Below are positions 10,135 through 19,611 of a stretch of DNA of 64,000 bases, in pieces. Origin of the DNA: Candidatus Omnitrophota bacterium (GTDB lineage: Bacteria; Omnitrophota; Gorgyraeia; Zapsychrales; JBDRMG01); the NCBI GenBank assembly GCA_043812495.1, contig JBDRMG010000016.1, positions 2,137 to 66,136 on the forward strand, given 5' to 3'. Made by a program: the position numbers and the translations under genes. The notes below the pieces were generated by a model that had not been told where the DNA came from, searched no databases, and saw only the letters and a list, made by a program, of their open reading frames with translations. Each line of letters opens with the position of its first letter. Position 1 is the first letter of the stretch.

Positions 10135-11391
10135 TTATCGAATGAGTTTCAGCAATTCTCTTTTAATCTGATCTCTCTCGACGCAGACAACCTCTTGTGT
10201 CTTTCTGTTCTTGATTTCAACAACCCCTTCGTTCAAAAACCGTTTTCCGATAATGACGCGCCAGGGAATGCCGATCAAATCAGCGTCTTTGAATTTTTTT
10301 CCTGCGCTTTCATCCCGATCATCCACAAGGACCTCTAGTCCGCTAAGTACAAGTTCCTTCTCAATCTCTAAGGCCAACGCATTGACTTTTTCTTCGCTGT
10401 TTTGAACAGGCAAAATTTCAACGTCGAAAGGAGCCACTTCTACGGGCCAAATAATACCATTTTGATCGCAATGCGTCTCTATAATCGCAGCGATGAGACG
10501 GCTGACGCCAATCCCGTAACATCCCATGATCATAGTTTGCTGCTTTCCGGATTCGTCCAGATAATTCGCGCCCTGTGCTTTGCTGTATTTTGTCCCTAAT
10601 TTAAAGATATGTCCCAATTCAATGGCGGCTAATTTTTTGAGCTTTCCTTTTTTGCATTCAGGGCAAGAATCATTTTCTTTAGAGGAACCCGTAACGCCGA
10701 CTTTGAATGAGCAAGCACTACACGCCAGCACCGCGTCTTCTCCGATAGGAGCCGGAACCATAAATTCATGGGAAACATCCCCGCCCATGGCCCCTGAGTC
10801 CGCCTCGGCAATAACTGTTTCAAGATCGCATCGATGAAAAACCTTTTTGTAGGCTTCATACATACGCTGATAATTTTGATCACATCCTTTTTCGTCGCGA
10901 TCAAAGCTGTAGGCATCTTTCATAATAAATTCACAGGCCCGGACAATACCAAACCGCGGACGCATCTCATCTCTGAACTTTGTTTGAATTTGATAAAGGA
11001 CAAGCGGAAGCTGTCTATACGATTGAACATAATTTTTCACCAAATCCGTAATTACTTCTTCATGCGTCGGCCCCAGGCACATTGGCCGCCCTTTTTTGTC
11101 CTCATAGCGAATCATTACATCGGCTAGTGTCTTATCGCGGCCCGTCGTCTCCCAAAGGCTGATCGGTTGTAAAACCGGCAAAAAAAGTTCATGCGCGCCC
11201 GCGGCATTCATTTCCTGACGAATGATATCTTCGATGCGCCTTAGTATACGTAAACCCAAAGGAAGATAAGAATAAACACCTGAGGTCAGCATATTAACCA
11301 ATCCTGCGCGCAAAAGAAGCTGATGGCTCACAGCCTCAGTGCCGACAGGAGCTTCTTTCAAAGTGGGAATGAAGAATTTTGACCAAAGCAT
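10135..11391 (-). CDS. proS: Proline--tRNA ligase (short form without INS editing domain)
   Basis: Class II aaRS motifs, an anticodon-binding domain (IGIPWRVIIG) and a C-terminal zinc cluster, 418 aa. Confidence 0.88.
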   Translation of the reverse strand: MLWSKFFIPTLKEAPVGTEAVSHQLLLRAGLVNMLTSGVYSYLPLGLRILRRIEDIIRQEMNAAGAHELFLPVLQPISLWETTGRDKTLADVMIRYEDKKGRPMCLGPTHEEVITDLVKNYVQSYRQLPLVLYQIQTKFRDEMRPRFGIVRACEFIMKDAYSFDRDEKGCDQNYQRMYEAYKKVFHRCDLETVIAEADSGAMGGDVSHEFMVPAPIGEDAVLACSACSFKVGVTGSSKENDSCPECKKGKLKKLAAIELGHIFKLGTKYSKAQGANYLDESGKQQTMIMGCYGIGVSRLIAAIIETHCDQNGIIWPVEVAPFDVEILPVQNSEEKVNALALEIEKELVLSGLEVLVDDRDESAGKKFKDADLIGIPWRVIIGKRFLNEGVVEIKNRKTQEVVCVERDQIKRELLKLIR

Positions 11392-11414
11392 TTTCTTAGT
11401 CCTTGGTAATCGCC

Positions 11415-12677
11415 CTATTCAAAGAAATCTTCTGCCAGTCGAACATTTCGTTTCTCAAATTTAATATAAAAAGATGGTTTTTTCTTGTCAAAAATCCACT
11501 CTCCATGAATGCGACCATCCTTCTCAACTTTTTCTTGCTGAAAAGAAAAAATATTATCCATGATAATTTTATTTTCATCGGGGATGTGTCTTACGTCTGT
11601 GATATGCGTGATACGGCGCGTGCCGTCCAAAAAGAGTTCCGTGTGCACAATCAGATCAATAGCTGACGCGATCTGACGGCGAATTTCTTCCACGCTGAGC
11701 TGAATTCCCGAAATTAGGATCATGGTCACTAAACGATTAAAGCAATCGGCCGGGGAATCGGCGTGGACAATGGCAAGCGATCCCGTATGACCGGAGCTGA
11801 TCGCCTGAATCATATCCAGGGCTTCTTCCCCGCGAACCTCACCGATAATGATACGGTCAGGCCGCATGCGCAAGGAATTGATAAACAAATCCCGAATGCT
11901 GATGATTCCTTTGCCTTCGATGTTGGCCGTTTTGGATTGCAGCTTAACGACATGATCCTGAAGCAATCTCAATTCGGAGGTATCCTCAATCGTGATAATA
12001 CGTTCTTCCTTAGGGATATAGCGCGATAAAACGTTTAACGTCGTCGTTTTCCCGGTGCCGGTAGCTCCGCAAAAAACGATGTTGAGCTTGGCCCGGATGG
12101 AGGCAACCAGAAACTCGGCCATTTTCTTATTCATCATTTGACGCTCTAATAAATCCTCGATCTTTGTAATTTTGGTCGAAAACTTCCGAACGGTGATGAC
12201 CGGACCGCTTAAGGACACGGGAGAAAGAATGACATTCACGCGCGAGCCGTCGGGCAAAGAAAAATCGACATAGGGAGAGGATTCGTCAACCCGTCGACCT
12301 GAACCCGAGGCGGATAAAATTTTCTGAACCGTATGAACCAATTCCCTTTCATCTTTAAAGGTCACTTCGGTTAACAGGATTTTGCCGTCCTGTTGGATAT
12401 AGATTTGCTTTGGTCCGTTGACCATAATCTCCGAGACCGATTCATCCTCCAACAGAGGACGTAAAGGGCCGTAGCTCACCACCGAACTCACAAGCTCCCT
12501 AATGATTGCGGTTCGTTCTTCCGGTGCCAGTTCTATTTCGCTCTTTTCGCAAACCTCGTCGATCCCTTTGGAGACATATTCCCTCAATTGATCTTCCGAA
12601 AGTTTGTCTTTAAGCTCTAGGAATTCCTTGTTGGTGAAAAAATAATGATTTATTTTTCTTCTTGTCTTTTCTTGCAT
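11415..12677 (-). CDS. CpaF/TadA-family type II/IV secretion ATPase (orphan)
   Basis: Walker A GATGTGKTTTLN, Asp box, Walker B and His box (GHTGSLAIVHADS), 420 aa. No other tad/pil assembly genes are adjacent. Confidence 0.8.
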   Translation of the reverse strand: MQEKTRRKINHYFFTNKEFLELKDKLSEDQLREYVSKGIDEVCEKSEIELAPEERTAIIRELVSSVVSYGPLRPLLEDESVSEIMVNGPKQIYIQQDGKILLTEVTFKDERELVHTVQKILSASGSGRRVDESSPYVDFSLPDGSRVNVILSPVSLSGPVITVRKFSTKITKIEDLLERQMMNKKMAEFLVASIRAKLNIVFCGATGTGKTTTLNVLSRYIPKEERIITIEDTSELRLLQDHVVKLQSKTANIEGKGIISIRDLFINSLRMRPDRIIIGEVRGEEALDMIQAISSGHTGSLAIVHADSPADCFNRLVTMILISGIQLSVEEIRRQIASAIDLIVHTELFLDGTRRITHITDVRHIPDENKIIMDNIFSFQQEKVEKDGRIHGEWIFDKKKPSFYIKFEKRNVRLAEDFFE

Positions 12678-12704
12678 AAGGCCCTCTGTTGATTAAAAAA
12701 TTGT

Positions 12705-13796
12705 TTAAGGCTTTAGATCTTGCCAGAATCCAACCAGCTTATCAATCCATCCAAACCGTGAAAAATCATTATAAAAAACGAAAACCGCTAAGCAAATAAT
12801 CAGGCTAAAACCAATACGGTTGATCATTTCGTCTGCTTTAACGGATAAGGCCTTTCCCCGTATTTTTTCGATCGCCAGAAAAAATAAATGTCCGCCATCC
12901 AGAATCGGTAAAGGCAAGAGATTAAAAATGGCGAGTGATGCGCTCACGACCGCCATAATCAGAATTACGTAAGACAGCCCCTGCGAAGCCGCGTCTTGTA
13001 TAATTTTATATATTCCCAGCGGTCCCGTCAAAGATTTCTTTGCGGACATGGCACCCGTAGCGATGAAGTAAAGAGCTTTATACGTCGTGGCGGTGATATC
13101 ATAAAGTTGCTCAAACGACTTAGAAATCGACTCCATCGGACCGTATTTGATGAAAACGATCTCATCGGTGGACATAATCCCAACAAGGGGAATTTCTTCT
13201 TTTTGTCCAAAAATGTTCTTTAGAATTTCTATTTGAGGAGTGACCATTTTTGTAATCTCTTGACCGTCCCGTACAACCGTAAAGGCTAAAGTGTCCTTCT
13301 TCATTGTGCGCACAGCCTTCAAAATATCTTCAAAGCTTTTAATCTTTTGTGAATCGATGCGTATGACCATGTCTCCTTCTTGAATTCCGACTTCCTGCGC
13401 AGGATAACCCTCGCGAATTTCACCAATGGTATTGGACAAATACGGATAGCCTGTCACAAAAATCATCCAAAAACACACAAAGGCCATCAAGTAATTCACG
13501 ATTGGACCGAAAACAACAATGAGAGCGCGATGCCCCGGCGGATGAGAAAAAAATTCATCTTTTTGTCCGGTGCACTGAGAGCGCTCATCACCAGCCATCT
13601 TGACATAACCCCCAACCGGTATAAGGCAAAGAGCGAATTCTGTTCCCCGAAAAACCTTTGAGACAAGCTTTGGCCCAAATCCTACGGCAAACCGCTCCAC
13701 CCGTATCCCCAGAGATTTTGCGGTCAGAAAATGCCCCAGCTCATGAACAACAATGAGGATGCTAATGACAATAAGAAATATAAGAAGACCTAGCAT
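12705..13796 (-). CDS. rseP: RIP metalloprotease RseP (site-2 protease)
   Basis: HELGH zinc motif in the first TM helix, a PDZ region and multiple TM segments, 363 aa. Confidence 0.9.
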   Translation of the reverse strand: MLGLLIFLIVISILIVVHELGHFLTAKSLGIRVERFAVGFGPKLVSKVFRGTEFALCLIPVGGYVKMAGDERSQCTGQKDEFFSHPPGHRALIVVFGPIVNYLMAFVCFWMIFVTGYPYLSNTIGEIREGYPAQEVGIQEGDMVIRIDSQKIKSFEDILKAVRTMKKDTLAFTVVRDGQEITKMVTPQIEILKNIFGQKEEIPLVGIMSTDEIVFIKYGPMESISKSFEQLYDITATTYKALYFIATGAMSAKKSLTGPLGIYKIIQDAASQGLSYVILIMAVVSASLAIFNLLPLPILDGGHLFFLAIEKIRGKALSVKADEMINRIGFSLIICLAVFVFYNDFSRFGWIDKLVGFWQDLKP

Positions 13797-14950
13797 AATG
13801 GCGACAAAACCTTTCTGGCTTCCTGCCTGGCCCAGGCATCGGCATCAAGTATTTCTTTTAAATCTGTTTTTGGTGATGCCTTGTGCCGGCAGACAACTTT
13901 TTCAACTATTTTATGTATCTTCGAAAAATTAATACGGCGTTCCAAAAACGCACGAACAGCTTCTTCATTGGCTGCATTCAAAACACAGGGAAATGTCCTC
14001 TCTTTCTTTGCCACGTCATAACACAGCGCCAGTGAAGGAAATTTCTTAATATCAGGTTTGGCAAACGTGAACTGGCCCAATTGATCAAAGTTAACTGTTT
14101 TTAAACCAGACGGCAAACGGTTCGGATAGGTTAGCGCGTATTGGATAGGCAGCTGCATATCCGTAATGCCCATTTGTGCCATGATGGAACCGTCTTGATA
14201 TTCGACCATCGAATGGATAATGGCTTGCGGATGAATCAACACGTCAATTTCTTCAACCTTTAATCCAAACAGCCATTTGGCTTCAATAATTTCCAATCCC
14301 TTATTCATTAATGTTGCGGAATCAACCGTTATCTTTTTCCCCATTTGCCACCGCGGATGTTTCAAAATCTTCTCGACCGATAGCTGGTCAAAGTCTTTTT
14401 TGCTTCTATCATAAAGAGGGCCTCCGGAGGCCGTCAGATAGACTTTCTTCAATTCTTTTCGATTATTGCCGCTGAGGCATTGAAATATCGCGCTTTGCTC
14501 ACTATCCACCGGAATAATCGCGGCCTGATGCCTTTGAGCCTCTTTCATAATGACATCACCGGCCATGACGATGGCCTCTTTGTTGGCCAAAGCCACAGTC
14601 TTGCCACAGCGAATAGCGCTTAAAAAAGGTTCAAGAGCAATGCTTCCGCTAATACCAAGAATCACAAGATCCACGCTAGGATGCGTTGTGATTCTCTCCA
14701 TTTCGAGGTGGGCATCGAGTATTTTTGTCCTTTGAGAATGAACGGCTCTTTTTAGGCGACCGATGTTTTCAGGGTGCACAGCCGCAAAAAAGGGCTGATA
14801 TTTGCGGATCTGTTTTTCCAGCAGGCGAACATTATTGTAGGCTGTCAGGCCAACAACGCGAAAACGATTTGGATATCGATCAATGACCTTCAGGGCATTG
14901 ATGCCGATAGAACCGGTTGATCCTAAGATGGCAACTCTTTTTACGTTCAT
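13790..14950 (-). CDS. dxr: 1-deoxy-D-xylulose 5-phosphate reductoisomerase
   Basis: N-terminus VAILGSTGSIG and Dxr core motifs, 386 aa. Confidence 0.93.
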   Translation of the reverse strand: MNVKRVAILGSTGSIGINALKVIDRYPNRFRVVGLTAYNNVRLLEKQIRKYQPFFAAVHPENIGRLKRAVHSQRTKILDAHLEMERITTHPSVDLVILGISGSIALEPFLSAIRCGKTVALANKEAIVMAGDVIMKEAQRHQAAIIPVDSEQSAIFQCLSGNNRKELKKVYLTASGGPLYDRSKKDFDQLSVEKILKHPRWQMGKKITVDSATLMNKGLEIIEAKWLFGLKVEEIDVLIHPQAIIHSMVEYQDGSIMAQMGITDMQLPIQYALTYPNRLPSGLKTVNFDQLGQFTFAKPDIKKFPSLALCYDVAKKERTFPCVLNAANEEAVRAFLERRINFSKIHKIVEKVVCRHKASPKTDLKEILDADAWARQEARKVLSPLC

Positions 14951-14955
14951 AGCGC

Positions 14956-15804
14956 TTACAAGGTTCCCAGCACAGCGCTCATATACAGATAAAAAGCCGG
15001 AGCCGAGAATAATAAGCTATCAATCACATCCATAATGCCACCCATGCCCGGAAGGGCCTTTCCGGAATCTTTAATATTGCAATCGCGTTTAATCAGAGAT
15101 TCGGATAAATCTCCCAGCTGGCCGACAGCTCCGAAGAAAGCGCCCATAAAGGCAACATGAATCAGGGAAAAATTCGGGACTTCCGGCAATAACGACCTTG
15201 CACAAATCGCTGTAACAATACTGAATAAAAGACTTCCCAGACATCCTTCTACGGATTTATTAGGGCTGATGTGCGGCAACAAAGGTCGCCGCCCAAATTT
15301 CTCTCCGATGAATAAGGCACCGATGTCTCCCATCTTCGTCACAAGAAGGATAAACGCAAGCAGATTCTGGCCATTGACATCGGGAAGAAGACGGATTTTC
15401 ACAAGAAAACTGAAGAACCATGAAATATACAAGATACCGAATAAAGTCGTGGATATGCCGACAATCGCATTTTTACTATCCTGCCTTCGGAATTGCAAAA
15501 ACAAAATTAATAAAAAGGCCAAAACAGTGAGCAAAAGTTCCCAATTTCTTGTCAATTCAAACCGGCTAAAGATGGATAAGGGAATCAATAAGCCGATGAA
15601 TATCCCGACATAACTATAGATGGGAATCCCTTTTTTCTTGACCATATGAAAAAATTCATAAAGCCCGCCGATCGTTAAGGCCACAATCGTGGCAATAAAT
15701 ATCCACTGGTTTAAAACAGCCAAAACGGCCAAGATTATCATGAGAAGCGCGCTGATTGTTCGCTTGATTGTCATGTTAAGATCCTGTGACTTTGATAGCG
15801 CCAT
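14956..15804 (-). CDS. cdsA: Phosphatidate cytidylyltransferase
   Basis: Polytopic membrane protein with a CdsA C-terminal signature, 282 aa, in the conserved uppS-cdsA-dxr context. Confidence 0.85.
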   Translation of the reverse strand: MALSKSQDLNMTIKRTISALLMIILAVLAVLNQWIFIATIVALTIGGLYEFFHMVKKKGIPIYSYVGIFIGLLIPLSIFSRFELTRNWELLLTVLAFLLILFLQFRRQDSKNAIVGISTTLFGILYISWFFSFLVKIRLLPDVNGQNLLAFILLVTKMGDIGALFIGEKFGRRPLLPHISPNKSVEGCLGSLLFSIVTAICARSLLPEVPNFSLIHVAFMGAFFGAVGQLGDLSESLIKRDCNIKDSGKALPGMGGIMDVIDSLLFSAPAFYLYMSAVLGTL

Positions 15805-16510
15805 AGCGTCGTTCTCGCACTTGAAAATCCGCTATGGCTTTGCGAAAATTTTTTTCTTTAAAATCCGGCCAATACGTATCCGTAAAATAAAGCTCTGCGT
15901 AAGAAAGCTGCCAGAGAAGAAAATTGCTGACGCGAAGCTCACCGGAGGTGCGAATCAGCAAGTCCGGATCCGGTTGACCCTTGGTATAGAGGGCATCGCT
16001 AAGAGTGTGCTCATCAATTTCTTGTACATTGATCTTGCCATCTTTAACATCTCGAGCAATTTTCCTGACCGCATCAACAATCTCTTGACGACTACCGTAA
16101 CTAAAAGCAACATTAACGATCAGGGTCTTGTTCTTGGCTGTCAGCCGTTCAGCAGATTCAATGGCTTCCAAAACCCTTGGGGCTATATCATTTCTACGTC
16201 CGATAAATCTCAACTGAATATCTTCTTGATCCAATTTTTTGATTTTCTTTTGCAAGACGGAAATGAGGGCCCTCATCAACATGTTGACTTCTTGTTTGGG
16301 GCGGGTCCAGTTTTCCGTCGAGAACGCATACAGGGTCAAAACCTTAACACCCATCTTCCCTGCCGCTTCAATCATTTCTTCGATTCTTTTGATGCCCTCG
16401 ACATGACCGCGCGTCCGCGGTAATCGTTTCTGTTTAGCCCATCGTCCGTTGCCATCCATAATGATGGCCACATGTTTTGGAATAGGTCCCGTCATTCTTA
16501 AGTCGGTCAT
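15776..16510 (-). CDS. uppS: Undecaprenyl diphosphate synthase (start taken at MTDLRM)
   Basis: VAIIMDGNGRWA, the cis-prenyltransferase core and a C-terminal RERRYG. Confidence 0.92.
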   Translation of the reverse strand: MTDLRMTGPIPKHVAIIMDGNGRWAKQKRLPRTRGHVEGIKRIEEMIEAAGKMGVKVLTLYAFSTENWTRPKQEVNMLMRALISVLQKKIKKLDQEDIQLRFIGRRNDIAPRVLEAIESAERLTAKNKTLIVNVAFSYGSRQEIVDAVRKIARDVKDGKINVQEIDEHTLSDALYTKGQPDPDLLIRTSGELRVSNFLLWQLSYAELYFTDTYWPDFKEKNFRKAIADFQVRERRYGAIKVTGS

Positions 16511-16637
16511 ATTCTTTAGAATTTCTATCAAACAAAATGGGGGATAAGCATCCCCCATGAAGAGATCGTAACCTTTTGGCTACTTCGAATATCAATTAAT
16601 AAAACATATTCATGCTTATCGGAATCAATGCGGTGTC

Positions 16638-17018
16638 TTAAGGCGCTGCCTCTTCTTGAAGGGGCTCGGGCACGAGGGCATCCTTGAGCTCATCCTCAAG
16701 AATATCCTTCAACTTAATGACCTTTTCATATTCTTTTCTGAGATTTCCGCTGGCGATCTTTTCTTTTTCTAAGATCGCTTGAATCCCCTGAACTTGATTG
16801 CGAACGCTGATCAGTTCATTCTCAAAGGAAGCAATTCTTGTCTGGCTTTTTTGAAGTTCTTCCTCGGCCGTGAAGCGTTTTAATCGCTCGCTACTGAGAG
16901 CTTGTTCGTTCTGCTGAACTGTTTGGCTTGCCTTGACGGCAAAGACCAAACATCCGATGGATAAAACAGCCGTTAAAATCAAGATTTTGTCTTTCAAAGT
17001 TCTCTCCTTTGCGCCCAA
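16638..17018 (-). CDS. Hypothetical membrane-anchored coiled-coil protein
   Basis: A 126-aa ORF with one N-terminal TM helix and a heptad-rich E/K/Q region. It is co-oriented with the OmpA-like gene 20 nt upstream. Confidence 0.5.
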   Translation of the reverse strand: MGAKERTLKDKILILTAVLSIGCLVFAVKASQTVQQNEQALSSERLKRFTAEEELQKSQTRIASFENELISVRNQVQGIQAILEKEKIASGNLRKEYEKVIKLKDILEDELKDALVPEPLQEEAAP

Positions 17019-17038
17019 CTCCGCTAGGCAAAGTCAAA

Positions 17039-17674
17039 CTATTTTAAGTTCTGCTTCTCAAGAATGGCTTTTTCTTTAATCGTCTTGGGCAATATGACAA
17101 TTTCCACTCGACGATTCTGCTGACGGCCTGCCTTTGTGTCGTTGCTCGTCACGGGATGATATTCCCCGTAACCTGTGGCAGATAAACGATCGGGCGATAT
17201 CCCTTCTGTGTCTGCTAAAAAGTGTAAAACACTTAATGCTCGCGCAGCCGATAATTCCCAGTTGGATTTCCATTTTGAATACTTGATGGGAATGTTATCC
17301 GTATGCCCTTCGATGCCGACATTCAAATCGCGAACCGTCGTCTTCAGGACCCGGGCAACATCGGAAAGGGTCGATAAGGCATTGGATTTCAATTCTGCTT
17401 TTCCCGAATCAAAAAGAACCTCATTGACAAAGGTAATGACAAGACCTTTTTCAAGCATTTCCACCTTGACTTCGCTGTCCGAAATCTCTCTTTTGAGAAG
17501 ATCTTCCAGCTCAAGTTTGGCTCTCTCAAGCTCGCTCAACTCCTTTTGCAGCTGCGAGATTTTCTGTGCATGAGCCGGTCTACCCTTTTGAAAAATAACC
17601 GTACATCCCGTAAGGGTCAAAACAGCAAATGACACAAGAAAGACAATAGACATAAGCATTATTGTTTTTTTCAT
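17039..17674 (-). CDS. OmpA/MotB-family lipoprotein (peptidoglycan-binding C-terminal domain)
   Basis: Lipoprotein signal ending LTGC, a coiled-coil linker and an OmpA-like domain (GHTDNIP, NWELSAARALSV, NRRVEI). Confidence 0.8.
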   Translation of the reverse strand: MKKTIMLMSIVFLVSFAVLTLTGCTVIFQKGRPAHAQKISQLQKELSELERAKLELEDLLKREISDSEVKVEMLEKGLVITFVNEVLFDSGKAELKSNALSTLSDVARVLKTTVRDLNVGIEGHTDNIPIKYSKWKSNWELSAARALSVLHFLADTEGISPDRLSATGYGEYHPVTSNDTKAGRQQNRRVEIVILPKTIKEKAILEKQNLK

Positions 17675-17940
17675 TACAGCCTCCTTTTGCGTTCGTTTAT
17701 TGACCTTTTCTCAATTTAAACATTATGGAAGTCAATATTTGGCCTTCTTCCTAGAAGAAAAATGTCAAAATTGGCCTACCTCTACGTCTTTATTAAGGAA
17801 AAGGCCAATAAATCAACAAAATTGTCCGCAACCGTCTGCTAAATTTATAGTTACGTTTCAGTAACCCACCTTAACATAAGCCAAAATCAAAGTCAAGAAA
17901 ATTTTGGAAACTCAATTCGCAGGGCATGAAATACGTCCAT

Positions 17941-19215
17941 TTAGCGAATGATAATTTCGTCCCTCTTGGAGCCGATCGAAATATATTTCACCCCCACTTT
18001 CAAAAGCTGCTCTAAGCGCTCGATATAACGTCTGGCGTTGACCGGAAGCTGTCGAAACGTTCGCACACCGTGCAAAGGTTTCTGCCAGCCACTTAATTCT
18101 TCGTAAACCGGCTTTGCTTTCTGGATGACCTCCAAATCCAAGGGGAAATCTTTTAACAGTTTTCCTTTATATCGATAGGCCGTACAAATCTTTATTTTCT
18201 TAAGGTTATCCAATACATCCAGTTTCATAATAGCGAGTTCGCTGGCCCCGTTAATAATAACGGCATACCTCACCAGAACGCTATCAAACCAGCCGCAACG
18301 TCGAGGCCGACCGGTTGTGGCTCCGTATTCTTTTCCTTTTAAGCGGATTTCATCTTTGAGTTTTGTAGAAAACTCCGTTGGGAACGGCCCCTCGCCCACT
18401 CTGGTTGTATACGCTTTAACAACGGCAATGGCCTTATGGATCCTAGTTGGTGATACACCGCTTCCGGCGCACACACCCCCGGCAATAGAGTTGGATGACG
18501 TCACGAAAGGATATGTGCCAAAATCGATATCCAAAAATGTCCCTTGCGCTCCCTCAAACAAAATTGATCTCTTATTGTCAATCGAACGGTTGAGAAGCAG
18601 GGCCGTATCGCAAATATAAGGCTTGAGGATACGGCCGTATTCCAAATATTCATTGTAGACATCTTTAAAGGAGAACGGCGGCTTATGATAAACCCTCTGG
18701 AAGGTCTCATTCTTTTCTCTAAGATTATCCTTGAGTTTCAAAGCCAGCAAGTGCGCATTGAGTAGATCTACAACACGAATTCCGCAACGTGTCACTTTAT
18801 CCGCATAACAAGGGCCTATGCCGCGGCCTGTTGTACCGATTTTATTTTTTCTCTTGGATTCCCGCAGGGTATCCAAAATTCTATGATACGGCATGACCAC
18901 ATGCGCATTACCGGAAATCTTCAACTTTTTAGGCGTTACGTCAATATGCTGACTTTTCAGCCCGTTCATTTCGCCCAAAAGAGCTTTGGGATCCACAACA
19001 ACACCGTTGCCGATGACACAGATTTTGCTTCTATGTAGTATTGCGGATGGAATCAAGTGAAAGATGTATTGTTTTTCTCCGACAACAACGGTGTGCCCCG
19101 CATTATTTCCGCCTTGATAGCGAACGGTGATATCCGCATCCTTGGAGAGAATATCAATGAGCTTGCCTTTTCCTTCATCCCCCCACTGGGCGCCAAAAAC
19201 AACGACTGTATTCAT
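17941..19215 (-). CDS. purA: Adenylosuccinate synthetase (start taken at MNTVVV)
   Basis: QWGDEGKGK P-loop, GGNNAGHTV, and the GTTGRGIGP and TTGRPRRCGW motifs. Confidence 0.95.
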   Translation of the reverse strand: MNTVVVFGAQWGDEGKGKLIDILSKDADITVRYQGGNNAGHTVVVGEKQYIFHLIPSAILHRSKICVIGNGVVVDPKALLGEMNGLKSQHIDVTPKKLKISGNAHVVMPYHRILDTLRESKRKNKIGTTGRGIGPCYADKVTRCGIRVVDLLNAHLLALKLKDNLREKNETFQRVYHKPPFSFKDVYNEYLEYGRILKPYICDTALLLNRSIDNKRSILFEGAQGTFLDIDFGTYPFVTSSNSIAGGVCAGSGVSPTRIHKAIAVVKAYTTRVGEGPFPTEFSTKLKDEIRLKGKEYGATTGRPRRCGWFDSVLVRYAVIINGASELAIMKLDVLDNLKKIKICTAYRYKGKLLKDFPLDLEVIQKAKPVYEELSGWQKPLHGVRTFRQLPVNARRYIERLEQLLKVGVKYISIGSKRDEIIIR

Positions 19216-19269
19216 GGAAGCCTTTCTTTTCAATGAGGCCTAAATTTACGGAATGAAGTGACGTAAATT

Positions 19270-19500
19270 TGACGGCCGAATCCTTCGACCTAGCTCAGGA
19301 TGTCCTTCGACTTGGCTCAGGATCATTCGAAGGATCATGAGCAACGTCGAATGAGAAGGATGGTGAGCCCGTTCGACTCACTTCGTCCTTCGAGAGGCTC
19401 AGGACTTGGCCTGAGCAAGGCGAAGCCGCGTCGAAGGCCTTCGTTCGCTCAGGGTCCTGAGTTTATCGAAGGACGAAAGTCGAACCATTGACCCCGAGCT
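19270..19500. repeat. Palindrome-rich repeat region in the purA-serA spacer. It reiterates CCTTCGA/TCGAAGG and GCTCAGG/CCTGAGC units.
   Basis: At least 7 copies of TCGAAGG or its complement and 5 copies of CTCAGG(A)/CCTGAGC within ~230 bp. It begins with the 19-nt near-direct repeat CCTTCGAC(C/T)T(A/G)GCTCAGGAT. Confidence 0.6.
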
Positions 19501-19567
19501 CGCCATTGATTCAGTAGCGAGCGAGGGGATTAAGCAAATTAAATTATAATATTTCCTTATTTCCCGA

Positions 19568-19603
19568 CACAAAAAAGCGGCGGTTCGATTTGTCCCACCG
19601 CTT
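19568..19603 (-). terminator. Rho-independent terminator downstream of serA
   Basis: On the minus strand: AGCGGTGG GACAAATCGAA CCGCCGCT followed by TTTTTTGTG. Confidence 0.8.
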
Positions 19604-19611
19604 GATACGCT

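Noticed and set aside
15689-16423. 244-aa plus-strand ORF
   Set aside because: It lies entirely antisense to the well-supported uppS/cdsA genes. It has a low-complexity composition and no family resemblance. It is a shadow ORF of the minus-strand genes.
19300-19491. 63-aa ORF inside the purA-serA repeat spacer
   Set aside because: The translation is R/S/G-rich low complexity produced by the repeated TCGAAGG/CTCAGG units. It has no RBS. The region is better explained as structured noncoding DNA or RNA.
19576-19603. tRNA T-loop-like GGTTCGATT
   Set aside because: It lies in the loop of the serA terminator hairpin. There is no acceptor stem, D-arm or anticodon arm, so it is not a tRNA.
19234-19611. 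Possible CRISPR array
   Set aside because: The repeats are short (7-19 nt), irregularly spaced and mutually complementary, not 25-40-nt direct repeats with unique spacers. There are no cas genes in the window.
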